A stretch of DNA of 63,230 bases, filler included, from Octopus bimaculoides (Eukaryota), in the NCBI RefSeq assembly GCF_001194135.2. It is 6 parts of 5 records of this genome, joined end to end, with 100 filler letters (N's around TTAATTAATTAA, not from the genome) between each part and the next. Parts side by side here need not be neighbours in the genome. Positions count along the whole stretch, not along the records: positions 43,237 to 60,575 come from NC_068982.1; 5 more parts are not named here. One strand, 5' to 3'. Shown in pieces: positions 49,371-60,674 of this stretch. Both the position numbers and the translations under genes were made by a program. The notes under the pieces were generated by a model that worked only from the letters and a program-made list of their open reading frames with translations, searched no databases and was not told the DNA's origin. The stretch's first letter is position 1. Each line of letters begins with the position of its first letter.

Positions 49371-51836
49371 AGAAGCACAGCACAACAATGGGAGTAAAAC
49401 ATATAATATGTAGAAGAAGGAAAGAGAAAAACAAAAATAACATTGCAAACAACTATAGTAAAATAATAGCAACAGCATCAACGAAAATAAGAGTAGAATA
49501 TTAGTTTTGAATTTAAAGCTGGATGTTTGCATTAAGTGATAAACACGCTCACAAACATTCACAGTCAACATTTACGTACACAGAAATAATTCTAATACTA
49601 ATAGTAATAACAATGACAACAACAATAATAGCAACAACATTAATAGTAATATAAACAACAATATCGACTACCACAAAAACGTAATAAAAAAGGGCAAAGA
49701 AATAATAGTAGAAAATACAAAAGAAAATAATAGAAAAAGAAATTAACCAAGATTTACATAGTTAAATGACTTCCTGTGACGTGAATTTCATTGCAGAGTT
49801 TAAAAAAAAATTACAAACATGATTTTGAAATCCAATCAAATTACAAATAAATATAAATCGGGAGAGATAGAAGTGTAAATAAATTTAACAATAAGATTAA
49901 AATAATAAACTCGAGGAAAAAACAAATTCATTTTATGAGTTTATATTTTTAAAACATCTCCTGAGATTTGTGATTATTTTTTTTAATTTTTAAATATATT
50001 GTCTTTTGCTCTTTATTACTGTGTCTATTTTCGACTAAGATTCTTCACAACATCCATTATGTTAGAGATTTTGAAAAAGATTTTGTTTGAAGAACAGCGT
50101 AATATAATTGATAATACATCAATATGTGGAATTTAGAAATGTTACACTGTTTGTCAGTCACACAAAACATCTCTTCTTTTCGATTTAGAAAATACTTTTA
50201 TCGATACTCACTCTTAATTTCTCTTCCTCTCTATATTTTCTTTACAAATAGCAATAGAGAACGGAGAGATGTTAAATATTCAAAATATACTTTACCAATG
50301 TTAAATTTTCATTACGAATGAAGCATTTACAAAAAAAAAAAATGGTTTAAGCACTTTTCATTCAATATAACGGTATAACGGTGTTTATATCCAGCAAAAA
50401 CTGATGGGCATGCACTCGAAACATTCCCTTAGTTGTCACAAATCGAGAACAAAGCAAAATGATGGATTCATATAAAGCAGTACTATAACGCTGCTCATAT
50501 TTAATAACTTCAAGTTTGGTAAAAAAAATATTTCTAAAATATATAACGTTTAGCAACACTATAATATTTTCAGACCTGAAATAAATACAAAACTCCATGT
50601 TGTTCACAAGAATTTACAAACTCAGATTTCTCATATAAAACAGTGAAATCCGTAACAGGATTTTAATCTTCAGATATCATGAGATAAGTGGTTATCATAT
50701 CTTCGTTGGTTTTGTGCCGTATTGTCTTTCCTGGATTTACACACTATATTACATATTTCATGTTTTAAATTGGGTTTTGCTGGAGCTATTTTAGTGTAGC
50801 CTTTTAGATTATTTTGATTGGAGTGGGTGTGCAATGTAGATTATTTTAATTGATGAGTATCATGTAAAATGTGTTGGGTGAAGGGTGTTGTTTTACTGGT
50901 AGACTATAGTATAAGATATGTCATGTGTACGGAGGTGCAGTGCTTGTGTAGAGCTATTGAATTGAAAGAGCCTTATGGAAGATGATAGTTGCATATAACA
51001 GCGTTGTTTCTTGAATAATATGTTAAGCTGTAAACCGTGGATTGGCTTCCTTATATTGTTTTACCTAGCGCTCCAATTTCTAATGGCATTATTTTCGTAT
51101 TCCAATGTTTCTAATATACTGATTAATACTGTCATACCCTACAAGTAGGTTATTCCAATTTCGAGAAACTTTTACTTTAATAATTCCTGTACTTTCTTTC
51201 AGTGAAGTTGTACTCAAAATAATTCACACTATTTATCATGACCTACAAATATTGCAATGAACAACGGCATAATTAAGTGAAGTTCGTTATAAAGGGTAAT
51301 CATTAAAAGAGTAACGGTATAATGTCATTTTTATTACAATTTTCCATACATACATACATAACCTCTAGCTTCTCTATTAGTATAACAAATTTTTATTTAA
51401 GTCAATAATAATTGGTGCGCAGGCGCAGAAGTGACTGTGTGGTAAGTAGCTCGCTTACCAACCACATGGTTCCGAAAAACCAAAATAAAGATTTTTACTA
51501 TTCATATTAATCGAGTCACTCATGTTATTTTGGAGTTGCAATTGCGTGTTCACAGGTTTGTCAGGCATATTCGGACAAAAATTGTCTGATAACACATATG
51601 TAGATATATGTATGACACATATGCGACGACAACGACATACATACTTATGCAGACACATGCATACATACATACATGCATGCATACATACATACATGCCTAC
51701 ATACATACATACATACATAAATACATACATACATGCATGCATACATACATACATGCATACATACATACAGGCATAACCTCCAGCTTCTCTATTGGTATAA
51801 CAAATTTTTATTTATGCCAATAATAATTGGTGCGCA

Positions 51837-52240
51837 GGCGCAGGAGTGACTGTATGGTAAGTAACTTGCTTACCAACCACATGGTTCCGGGTTCAGTCCA
51901 ACTGCGTGGCACCTTGGGCAAGTGTCTTCTACTATAGCTTCGGGCCGACCAAAGCCTTGTGAGTAGATTTGGTTGACGGAAACTGAAAGAAGCCCGTTGT
52001 ATATATGTATATGTGCATATATGTGTGTGTATTTGTGTGTCACTTTGTCCCCGCAACATCGTTTGACAACCGATGCTGGTGTGTATACGTTCCTGTAACT
52101 TAGCGGTTCGGCAAAATATACCGATAGAATAACTACTAGGCTTACAAAGAATAAGTGCTGGGGTCGATTTGCTCTACTAAAGGCGGAGCTCCAGTATGGC
52201 CGCAGTCAAATGACTGAAGCAAGTAAAAGACTAAAAGAGT
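51837..52240 (+). mobile_element. Full-length SINE family A (reference copy)
   Basis: GGCGCAGGAGTGACTGTATGGTAAG...GGGTTCAGTCC...CACCTTGGGCAAGTGTC...(TA)...CCAGTATGGCCGCAGTCAAATGACTGAA..GTAAAAGA tail. Confidence 0.85.
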
Positions 52241-53067
52241 AATGTAAATAATGTACATAATTCCTTATCTTTTAAATATAGAAATGTATGCATGTATGTA
52301 TGTATGTATGTATAGTTCTTTTCTGCTTTAAATCATTCAGATTCTTCCTCTAAAGAAGGAGACTGTTTCTAACTGTTATATCATAATACTACACAGAGGC
52401 TGTGTGAGCTACGAAATCCTCGTCGCCACTGTTATATCGCACGTTCGGATGACCTTTCCTCAACCACTACGACGTTTAGACTTCTCCCTCTATATCTACG
52501 TATTAGGCTAGCCTACTTCATCGCCTGGGGGCGTCGACACAACACTAACAAATATACAAAGCTCCATCTTCTGAATGTAGATAACGAAAACCACGTAACG
52601 TTTTAAATCCTGAGGAAAGTTTTGCATTATTTTCTGGTTCTGTTTATAGATTTTATTTCTAGCGTGTAGGTGTCAGTTGGTTGATTCCCTTCTCAGAAAG
52701 CCCAGGCTGACAGTTAAGCATTTACTTACAACACGAAGCGCATCAATTGTTATTGGTATAAATGAAAATTTTCATACCGATAATAAAGCTGGAGGTTGTG
52801 TACGTATGTATGTACGTATGTATGTATGTATGTATGTATGTATGTATGTATGTATGTATGTATGTATGTATGCATGTGTGTGCATATGTATGTATGTGTG
52901 CATGTATGTTCGCATGCATGCATGCATGAATGAATGTATGTGTGTATCAGATGAATTTTGTTTGATGGAAGGCTACAATATTATGTGAAATTCTAGGTTG
53001 TAAAGGAGTGATTTAACATCCTTCCACTAAATATTTTGTCAACATCCTACATATAGATTTCACTTTT

Positions 53068-53242
53068 TGGCACAAGGCCAGCAATTCCGGTTAGTCGATG
53101 AAATCGACCCTTGTGCTCAGCTGGTATTTATTTTATCGACCCTGAAAGGAAGAATGGTTAAGTTTAATCGGCAGAATTTAAAGTCAAGAGAGGCGAAATA
53201 CTGCTAAATATTATGTCCCACGTGGTGATGATTCTGCCACCC
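53068..53242 (-). mobile_element. Degenerate SINE family B
   Basis: TTTTGGCACAAGGCC...GTCGATGAAATCGACC...ATCGACCCTGAAAGGA...GGCGAAATA. Confidence 0.6.
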
Positions 53243-53285
53243 GCCACCTTTCACTATATTATATACTAAGTACTCTTTTTATCGA

Positions 53286-53344
<59 letters not shown>

Positions 53345-53823
53345 ATACACATATATATACATACATACATATATATATATATATATGTGTGTATATATGC
53401 ACACATATATATATACATATATACATACATCTACATATATACATACATGTGTGTGTTTGTGAGTGCGTGTATGTCTCTGTGTCTGTATTTCTGTGCGTCT
53501 ACGTGTGTGCGCGCGTGTGCGTATGCGTATGTATATTACGTTCATATTCCATTTGTCAGTCCAATAAATATACGAAATGTAAAGAGAGAAAACATGTTTC
53601 AGTTATCTTATATTACTATTTGAAACTTAAGCATGAATTAAAACTTACTGATTTTGTCAGTTAAAAAGCTTTCTAAAATTTGGAAAGAGAAATAGATAAA
53701 TTGAAGACAAAATGTTTGAAAGCAATGAAACACAACACGATGCGTTAATATGTTACAGCTCCATGTGACGTGCTCGAAATAATAACCATATATATATATA
53801 CATACACACCCACACACACACAC

Positions 53824-53855
<32 letters not shown>

Positions 53856-54169
53856 CCATATATATATTTAAAAGTAAAGGTGATGCTCCAGCATGATCGC
53901 AGTCAAATGACTGACACAAGTAAAAGAATATGTGTATGCGTNNNNNNNNNNNNNNNNNNNNNNNNNNNNNNNNNNNNNNNNNNNNNNNNNNNNNNNNNNN
54001 NNNNNNNNNNNNNNNNNNNNNNNNNNNNNNNNNNNNNNNNNNNNNNNNNNNNNNNNNNNNNNNNNNNNNNNNNNNNNNNNNNNNNNNNNNNNNNNNNNNN
54101 NNNNNNNNNNNNNNNNNNNNNNNNNNNNNNNNNNNNNNNNNNNNNNNNNNNNNNNNNNNNNNNNNNNNN

Positions 54170-54194
<25 letters not shown>

Positions 54195-54200
<6 letters not shown>

Positions 54201-54340
54201 CGCATTTGAACTGGCGATACCAGTGCTTGACTACGTCGTATGATGGTGCATAATCATAATGAACTTCCTTCATCGCAAGTCTCATTTGGTGTACGACATT
54301 TCGAGTATAAGAACCTGATTATTGATCAGCATTCAACTGC
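54195..54340 (-). mobile_element. Tc1/mariner transposase N-terminal (HTH) remnant
   Basis: MKEVHYDYAPSYDVVKHWYRQFKCG resembles the mariner ...YGD.APS..TVK.W...FK.G motif; truncated by a TA tract and gap. Confidence 0.55.
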
Positions 54341-54542
54341 TTCCATTAAAACACTTTAGTCTACTTCAGCAGTCGTAAAAGACAAACACATACTAGTGGA
54401 AAGCTGCTATCTACAATGTGACATATAGAGACATGTATGACTGTATGTGTACAAGTTCCATTTCTTGCAATAATCGGAAGTGAGTCAGAGGAAATCTGAA
54501 ATGATCACTCTTCATATATTTATGCACATATTTATATATTTA

Positions 54543-55262
54543 CTAGCAGCTAAGCTCGGTTTCACCCGGTCGGTTTGGATGATATGGCTGTAAAACCGGC
54601 TCTGTGTAAGCATTCGACTTGCTTGGGCACACTTACGTTAAAAAACAATTTTAGAATGCCTTTTTTCTGTTAAAATGCTAAAAATGACTGATAAAAAAAA
54701 AAAAACAACCAAGATTCAATCAAATCAACAAATAAGCCCAAATACTAAGCGAACAATGATGAACCATCCCACTACCATGTGTGTGCACACGCACCCGCAC
54801 ACACAAACAAACACACGCACACACAAACATATTCACATACCCCACTTTTACATACACACATATTCTCACAGATTTTAAACGCTGTTTGATTTATTTTTTT
54901 CAGCGTACAATTTTCATCATCCCACTACCAAGTATGACATCATCCCTTCCTTCCTTATCCGTCTATCACCCCTTCCTTTCTCATTCATAAACACAAGCGT
55001 GTTATTATAGAAAATTATCTCGGTAACCATGGGAGCCATGAAAAATATGACATCACCCCTTCCTTTCTCATTCATAAACACAAGAGTATTATTATAATAG
55101 ATTATCTCGGTAACCATGGGAACTATGAAAAAATACAAAGCCCAGCATCACCACCGGATTATTCTAAACATCTGAGTAATTTTTCGCGCAATCCTACCCA
55201 GCCGTTTGACCGTGAATCCCAAGATAAGGAAGAATCGCCCATGTCAAATTTATATGTGTGGA
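54543..55262 (-). mobile_element. Non-autonomous Helitron-like element with an internal ~82-bp tandem duplication
   Basis: On the minus strand it ends in a GACCGGGTGAAACCGAGC hairpin then CTAG|T (54543-54546), with an A|TC start at ~55262. CATCACCCCTTCCTTTCTCATTCATAAACACAAG...GGTAACCATGGGA is repeated at ~54965 and ~55050. Confidence 0.6.
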
Positions 55263-57234
55263 TATGTATATAAGCTCGTGCACATGCGTTTTAGTCCCTT
55301 TTCTTTTCATTGTTTTATTTATTACACAGCGGCTATGTAAGGGCACCAACTTGAAGAGGCTTAGTCAAACGAATCGTACTCAGTACTTGTGGGCTTTTTT
55401 TAAAGTCTGGTACATAATGCGTTGGACTGTTGCCGAACTACTAAATTGTGGGGACGTACGATTTAATAGTTCGGCAGTTTCCGCTGTTGTTTATCTTTGA
55501 TAGAGTTGAATCTCTCAATTTCGGAAGCACTAGTGTTTAATCATAGAAGACAGACGATAAGCGAAGAATTCACTTTCGGTGAATAATACCTCGATAAATA
55601 TTGTAAGACAGTTGTCTCTTAAATTTCACTGAAGTGTATGCATTTATCTATAGGGTGCACTTAATTTATGGAAAACTCTACACAAAAGTTAAGAGATGGA
55701 TTTATGCAACAGCGCCCCCGTTTAATGATATGGGGGGAAATTATTGAAATTTAGAAGAGAGACGGACAGACACACAAACCCACATGGACAGAGAGCTTAT
55801 AAATTACCACATATAGTCACAGTAAAACAAATCACTCACATATGTATTTATGTATGCATGCGTGTATAAAAGTGTAGGGTAAAGAAACATGTATACATAC
55901 AAAAAATACATATTTAGTCATGTAAACGTGTGCATTCATTTTTCTTTTGGCCTCAATTTTTAAACTTTTAATTTTATCTCTGCTTTGCAGTTTCTCATGG
56001 ACTTTTCTTCTAATTACCGGCGAAGAACTATATCCGAAGCGTAATACCTTATATTCTTTGCATTCCTCTTTAAGTGTGAGACTAATAACATTGATTGTGA
56101 AATTCTCTTGCACATGTGTGTATTTCTTATTTGATTTTTATTACGTACATCCAAAGAAACCTATAGCGGGGTAGTATACGCACATGCACGTGCCTACACA
56201 CGTATGCTCATACAAACATCCGTTTAAAACACATAAATTCGTACAACATGCATACACATACGACACAGACGAAAATCTATGACCTCCATCCCATATTTCG
56301 AAGATTGGAGGGGAAATTATCTAACCTTTAACTTGACTACACCGTTCCGTTATTCTCCTCAACGAGATTTCATTAGCCTTCTTTCATAAGATAAGACATC
56401 TTCATGTCAGCGTAGTGGTTCCAGAAATTTTTCTCTTGATATTCATTTTATTAAGCAGATTTATCAAAGGAAAACGAATATATTTTTACATGAATTATCA
56501 CGATCTGTGCATTTCATTTATTTATATATAAATTTATTTATTTATTTTATTTAGTTAGTTTTCTGTTTTGTAATTATTGCAAACGAAAATGTAATTATTA
56601 CTTGTTTTTACTATTTTTGTTGTTGATTTATTTCTTCTTACTGTTTATTTATATATTTATTTTATTGGAATGTTTATTTATAAATTTCCTGTTTCTGTTA
56701 TTACTTTAATCTTGGATTTGATTGAAGGTGATTTTTGTTTGGTTTTGTTTTGTTTTAATACTTGTTTATTTTCATGGCATTCATTGCGTGTGTACATTTT
56801 CTTGGTGTTTTTCTTTAGTGTTTATACTTGCTTGCAATTATTATTTGTTTTTCGATTTTTTGTGTATATTCTTTATTTAGTACATTGGATTTTCCAAATT
56901 AAGTTTTCTCCGATATCTTTGATACTTACACGCGCGTGCGCACGCATACACACAAACACACACTCTCGCACACCTACCAGCGCGCACACACACACGCGCA
57001 TACGCACACACAAATATATACACATACATATATAAGTATAAATTTGTAAACATGTCTATATATATATATATACACACATAAATATATACATATATAATTA
57101 CACACACACTCATACACTCACGCACACACACACACACACACGCACACACATATATATATATATATTTGCCAATACACATACACGTATACATACTCATAAA
57201 ACACACACATGCATTGTTTAATGAACATATATAC

Positions 57235-57282
<48 letters not shown>

Positions 57283-58942
57283 GTTTACATACATGTATGC
57301 AAGTATATATATATGTGTGTCTGTGTTTACATATATATATGTATGTATGTATATATATATATNNNNNNNNNNNNNNNNNNNNNNNNNNNNNNNNNNNNNN
57401 NNNNNNNNNNNNNNNNNNNNNNNNNNNNNNNNNNNNNNNNNNNNNNNNNNNNNNNNNNNNNNNNNNNNNNNNNNNNNNNNNNNNNNNNNNNNNNNNNNNN
57501 NNNNNNNNNNNNNNNNNNNNNNNNNNNNNNNNNNNNNNNNNNNNNNNNNNNNNNNNNNNNNNNNNNNNNNNNNNNNNNNNNNNNNNNNNNNNNNNNNNNN
57601 NNNNNNNNNNNNNNNNNNNNNNNNNNNNNNNNNNNNNNNNNNNNNNNNNNNNNNNNNNNNNNNNNNNNNNNNNNNNNNNNNNNNNNNNNNNNNNNNNNNN
57701 NNNNNNNNNNNNNNNNNNNNNNNNNNNNNNNNNNNNNNNNNNNNNNNNNNNNNNNNNNNNNNNNNNNNNNNNNNNNNNNNNNNNNNNNNNNNNNNNNNNN
57801 NNNNNNNNNNNNNNNNNNNNNNNNNNNNNNNNNNNNNNNNNNNNNNNNNNNNNNNNNNNNNNNNNNNNNNNNNNNNNNNNNNNNNNNNNNNNNNNNNNNN
57901 NNNNNNNNNNNNNNNNNNNNNNNNNNNNNNNNNNNNNNNNNNNNNNNNNNNNNNNNNNNNNNNNNNNNNNNNNNNNNNNNNNNNNNNNNNNNNNNNNNNN
58001 NNNNNNNNNNNNNNNNNNNNNNNNNNNNNNNNNNNNNNNNNNNNNNNNNNNNNNNNNNNNNNNNNNNNNNNNNNNNNNNNNNNNNNNNNNNNNNNNNNNN
58101 NNNNNNNNNNNNNNNNNNNNNNNNNNNNNNNNNNNNNNNNNNNNNNNNNNNNNNNNNNNNNNNNNNNNNNNNNNNNNNNNNNNNNNNNNNNNNNNNNNNN
58201 NNNNNNNNNNNNNNNNNNNNNTATATATACATAAAGATACATATGTACATATATATATATATATATATATACGCATGAAAAATTAATGGAATAAGTAATT
58301 TAAAAGGAAAAATATGCAATAAACAGCTTTCGTTTGCAACATTTCTATATTCAGATATTAATCAGCATTGCAAAGCTCACTTAAAGTATTTAGTTTCAAT
58401 CTCTTTTATATAATTAGCAACGTGTTAAATAAATATATTCAAGAAACAAGCAATTAAAACTTTATAATGCAATGAAAATTTCTGAGATATAAAATCGAAT
58501 CAAACATGTTATCAAGTGGCAATAAATAAATATGCAAATACATATGCAAATAAATAAATAGCCAGATAAAAGAATGGTAGATAAATAGCTTTAAAGAATG
58601 AATAAAAGAACGAAAGTAGTCAGCATTAAATGAAAAAAGATAAATGCGTTAGAGTTATACTGGATAATGCCGGATAAATATACCAAATACATCTTTAGTC
58701 CGTGATTTATTTTTTAGTATTGGTTTAACTCTTACGTTAGCAGTTCCGTATTAGTGAACACACATACAGAAACACTTACCTGCACACACCCATACACACC
58801 ATACACACAGAAACACACACACACACACACACACATATATACGCACAAACAAAGAAGCATATCCACACACACACTCAGCAAATCCATTTGTATACATCGT
58901 GCATAGATTCGTATGTGTGTGAAGATGGTAAGCTGGTATAAA

Positions 58943-59160
58943 GGCGGCGAGCTGGCAGAAACGTTAGCATGCCGGGCGAAATGCTTGGCGGTATTTCGTC
59001 TGTCTTATCGTTCTGAGTTCAAATTCTGCCGTGGTCGACTTTGCCTTTCATCCTTTCGAGGTCGATAAATTAAGTACTAGTTGCGTACTGGGGTCGATCT
59101 TACCGACTGGCCCCACTCTCCCAAGAATTTCGGGCCTTGTGCCTAGAGTAGAAGAAAATA
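58943..59160 (+). mobile_element. Full-length tRNA-derived SINE family B (reference copy)
   Basis: GGCGGCGAGCTGGCAGAAACG A-box region, GAGTTCAAAT B box, 3' GGCCTTGTGCCTAGAGTAGAA. Confidence 0.85.
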
Positions 59161-60140
59161 TTCGCGTGAATGTGTGTATGTGTGTGTGTATGTGTGTGTG
59201 TGTGTGTGATGTTATTTTTATCATTATTTTGTTAAGCGACAGAGACAATTATCTGGGACGTGAAATTTCTTGGAACGATACAGAAATGTATGCTGAAACT
59301 GGAAACCTATTTCAGAGTGACTGCAACAGAATGGTTTCCGCATAAACCAACCAAGGACCAGGTGACTGACCTAAATTGAGAAACTGTTTATGATTAGCGA
59401 CCTCAAATGGATTTGAACTCAGAGCTGTGATGAACATCACAAGGTTTCTTCCAACACCCTGCCTTAAACTGGCAATATGTTTATCAAAACCGGAGAGAAG
59501 AAATACGATGCTGATTTTGTCGATTAATGAACCGAGAAAGCAAAAACTGTAGTAAATAGCGTGAACCATTTCATCTTATGTGATTACGCTAAAATATTTT
59601 AGTTTTAATCATATCTGTGTCTCTAGGAGCCAATATGGTGTTTCGGGCTCTCCCAACTGTCTGTCTCTAATTAGTCCCTGTGAATACTGTCTGCAGTGTT
59701 CAGATTCATGGCGATTAGTACGCTATATGAATTTTCATTTTATCGTCTGCTTACAATTCTCTCTGAAATGGAAATTTATTTTTCATTGATTATACGAAGG
59801 TATTTTGTTTTATTGCATTTATTTGCAAACAGGGCGCCATATAAAGTGATTCAATGCATTTATTAAGAGTATATTTTCATTCTGTGTTCGAAACCACACC
59901 GTTATGCCTGTCAATGACGTATAAACATTAAATACGATAAACTAATATATATATATAATTTAATGCTGTTTCAAATATCTATCTATAGAGAATATCTATC
60001 TATAGAGAATATCTATCTATCTATCTATCTATCTAGCTATCTACCTATCTAAAGTGACATTCTTAACCATACAGCCATGCTTTAGCCGACTAATGTTCTG
60101 TGAGGTAACTGGGGTTCACTGTTTAGAAACTTGATGTGTG

Positions 60141-60202
<62 letters not shown>

Positions 60203-60224
60203 TGTATGTATGTATGTATGTACG

Positions 60225-60575
60225 TATTTGTGTTTCTGTGTTTCTCTCCCCACCATCGCCCTGACAACCGATGCCGGTGTGTTTACGTCCCTGTAACTTA
60301 GCGATTCGGCAAAGACCCGATAGAAAAGTACTAGGCTTACAAAGAATAAGTCCTTAGACTAAAAGTGATACTCCAGCATGGCCGCGATCAAATCGCTGAA
60401 ACATGTAAAACAATAAGAAATATATATGTATATAATGAGGATTTACAAAAAAAACAAAATATGAAGACGGGTGTGTAAACAACAAACAGATGTATTAGTT
60501 TAACGCTCGCGAAGTGAGAAAGTCTTTTTGCGTTTCGAGCCTACGCTCTTCGATAGAAAGGAACACAGAAATAAG
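60225..60575. mobile_element. SINE family A 3' half (plus) followed tail-to-tail by a hammerhead family 3 element (minus)
   Basis: CTCCAGCATGGCCGCGATCAAATCGCTGAAAC, then TTCCTTT-CTATCGA-AGAGCGTAGGCTC-GAAACGCA on the minus strand at 60522-60563. Confidence 0.7.
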
Positions 60576-60674
60576 NNNNNNNNNNNNNNNNNNNNNNNNN
60601 NNNNNNNNNNNNNNNNNNNTTAATTAATTAANNNNNNNNNNNNNNNNNNNNNNNNNNNNNNNNNNNNNNNNNNN

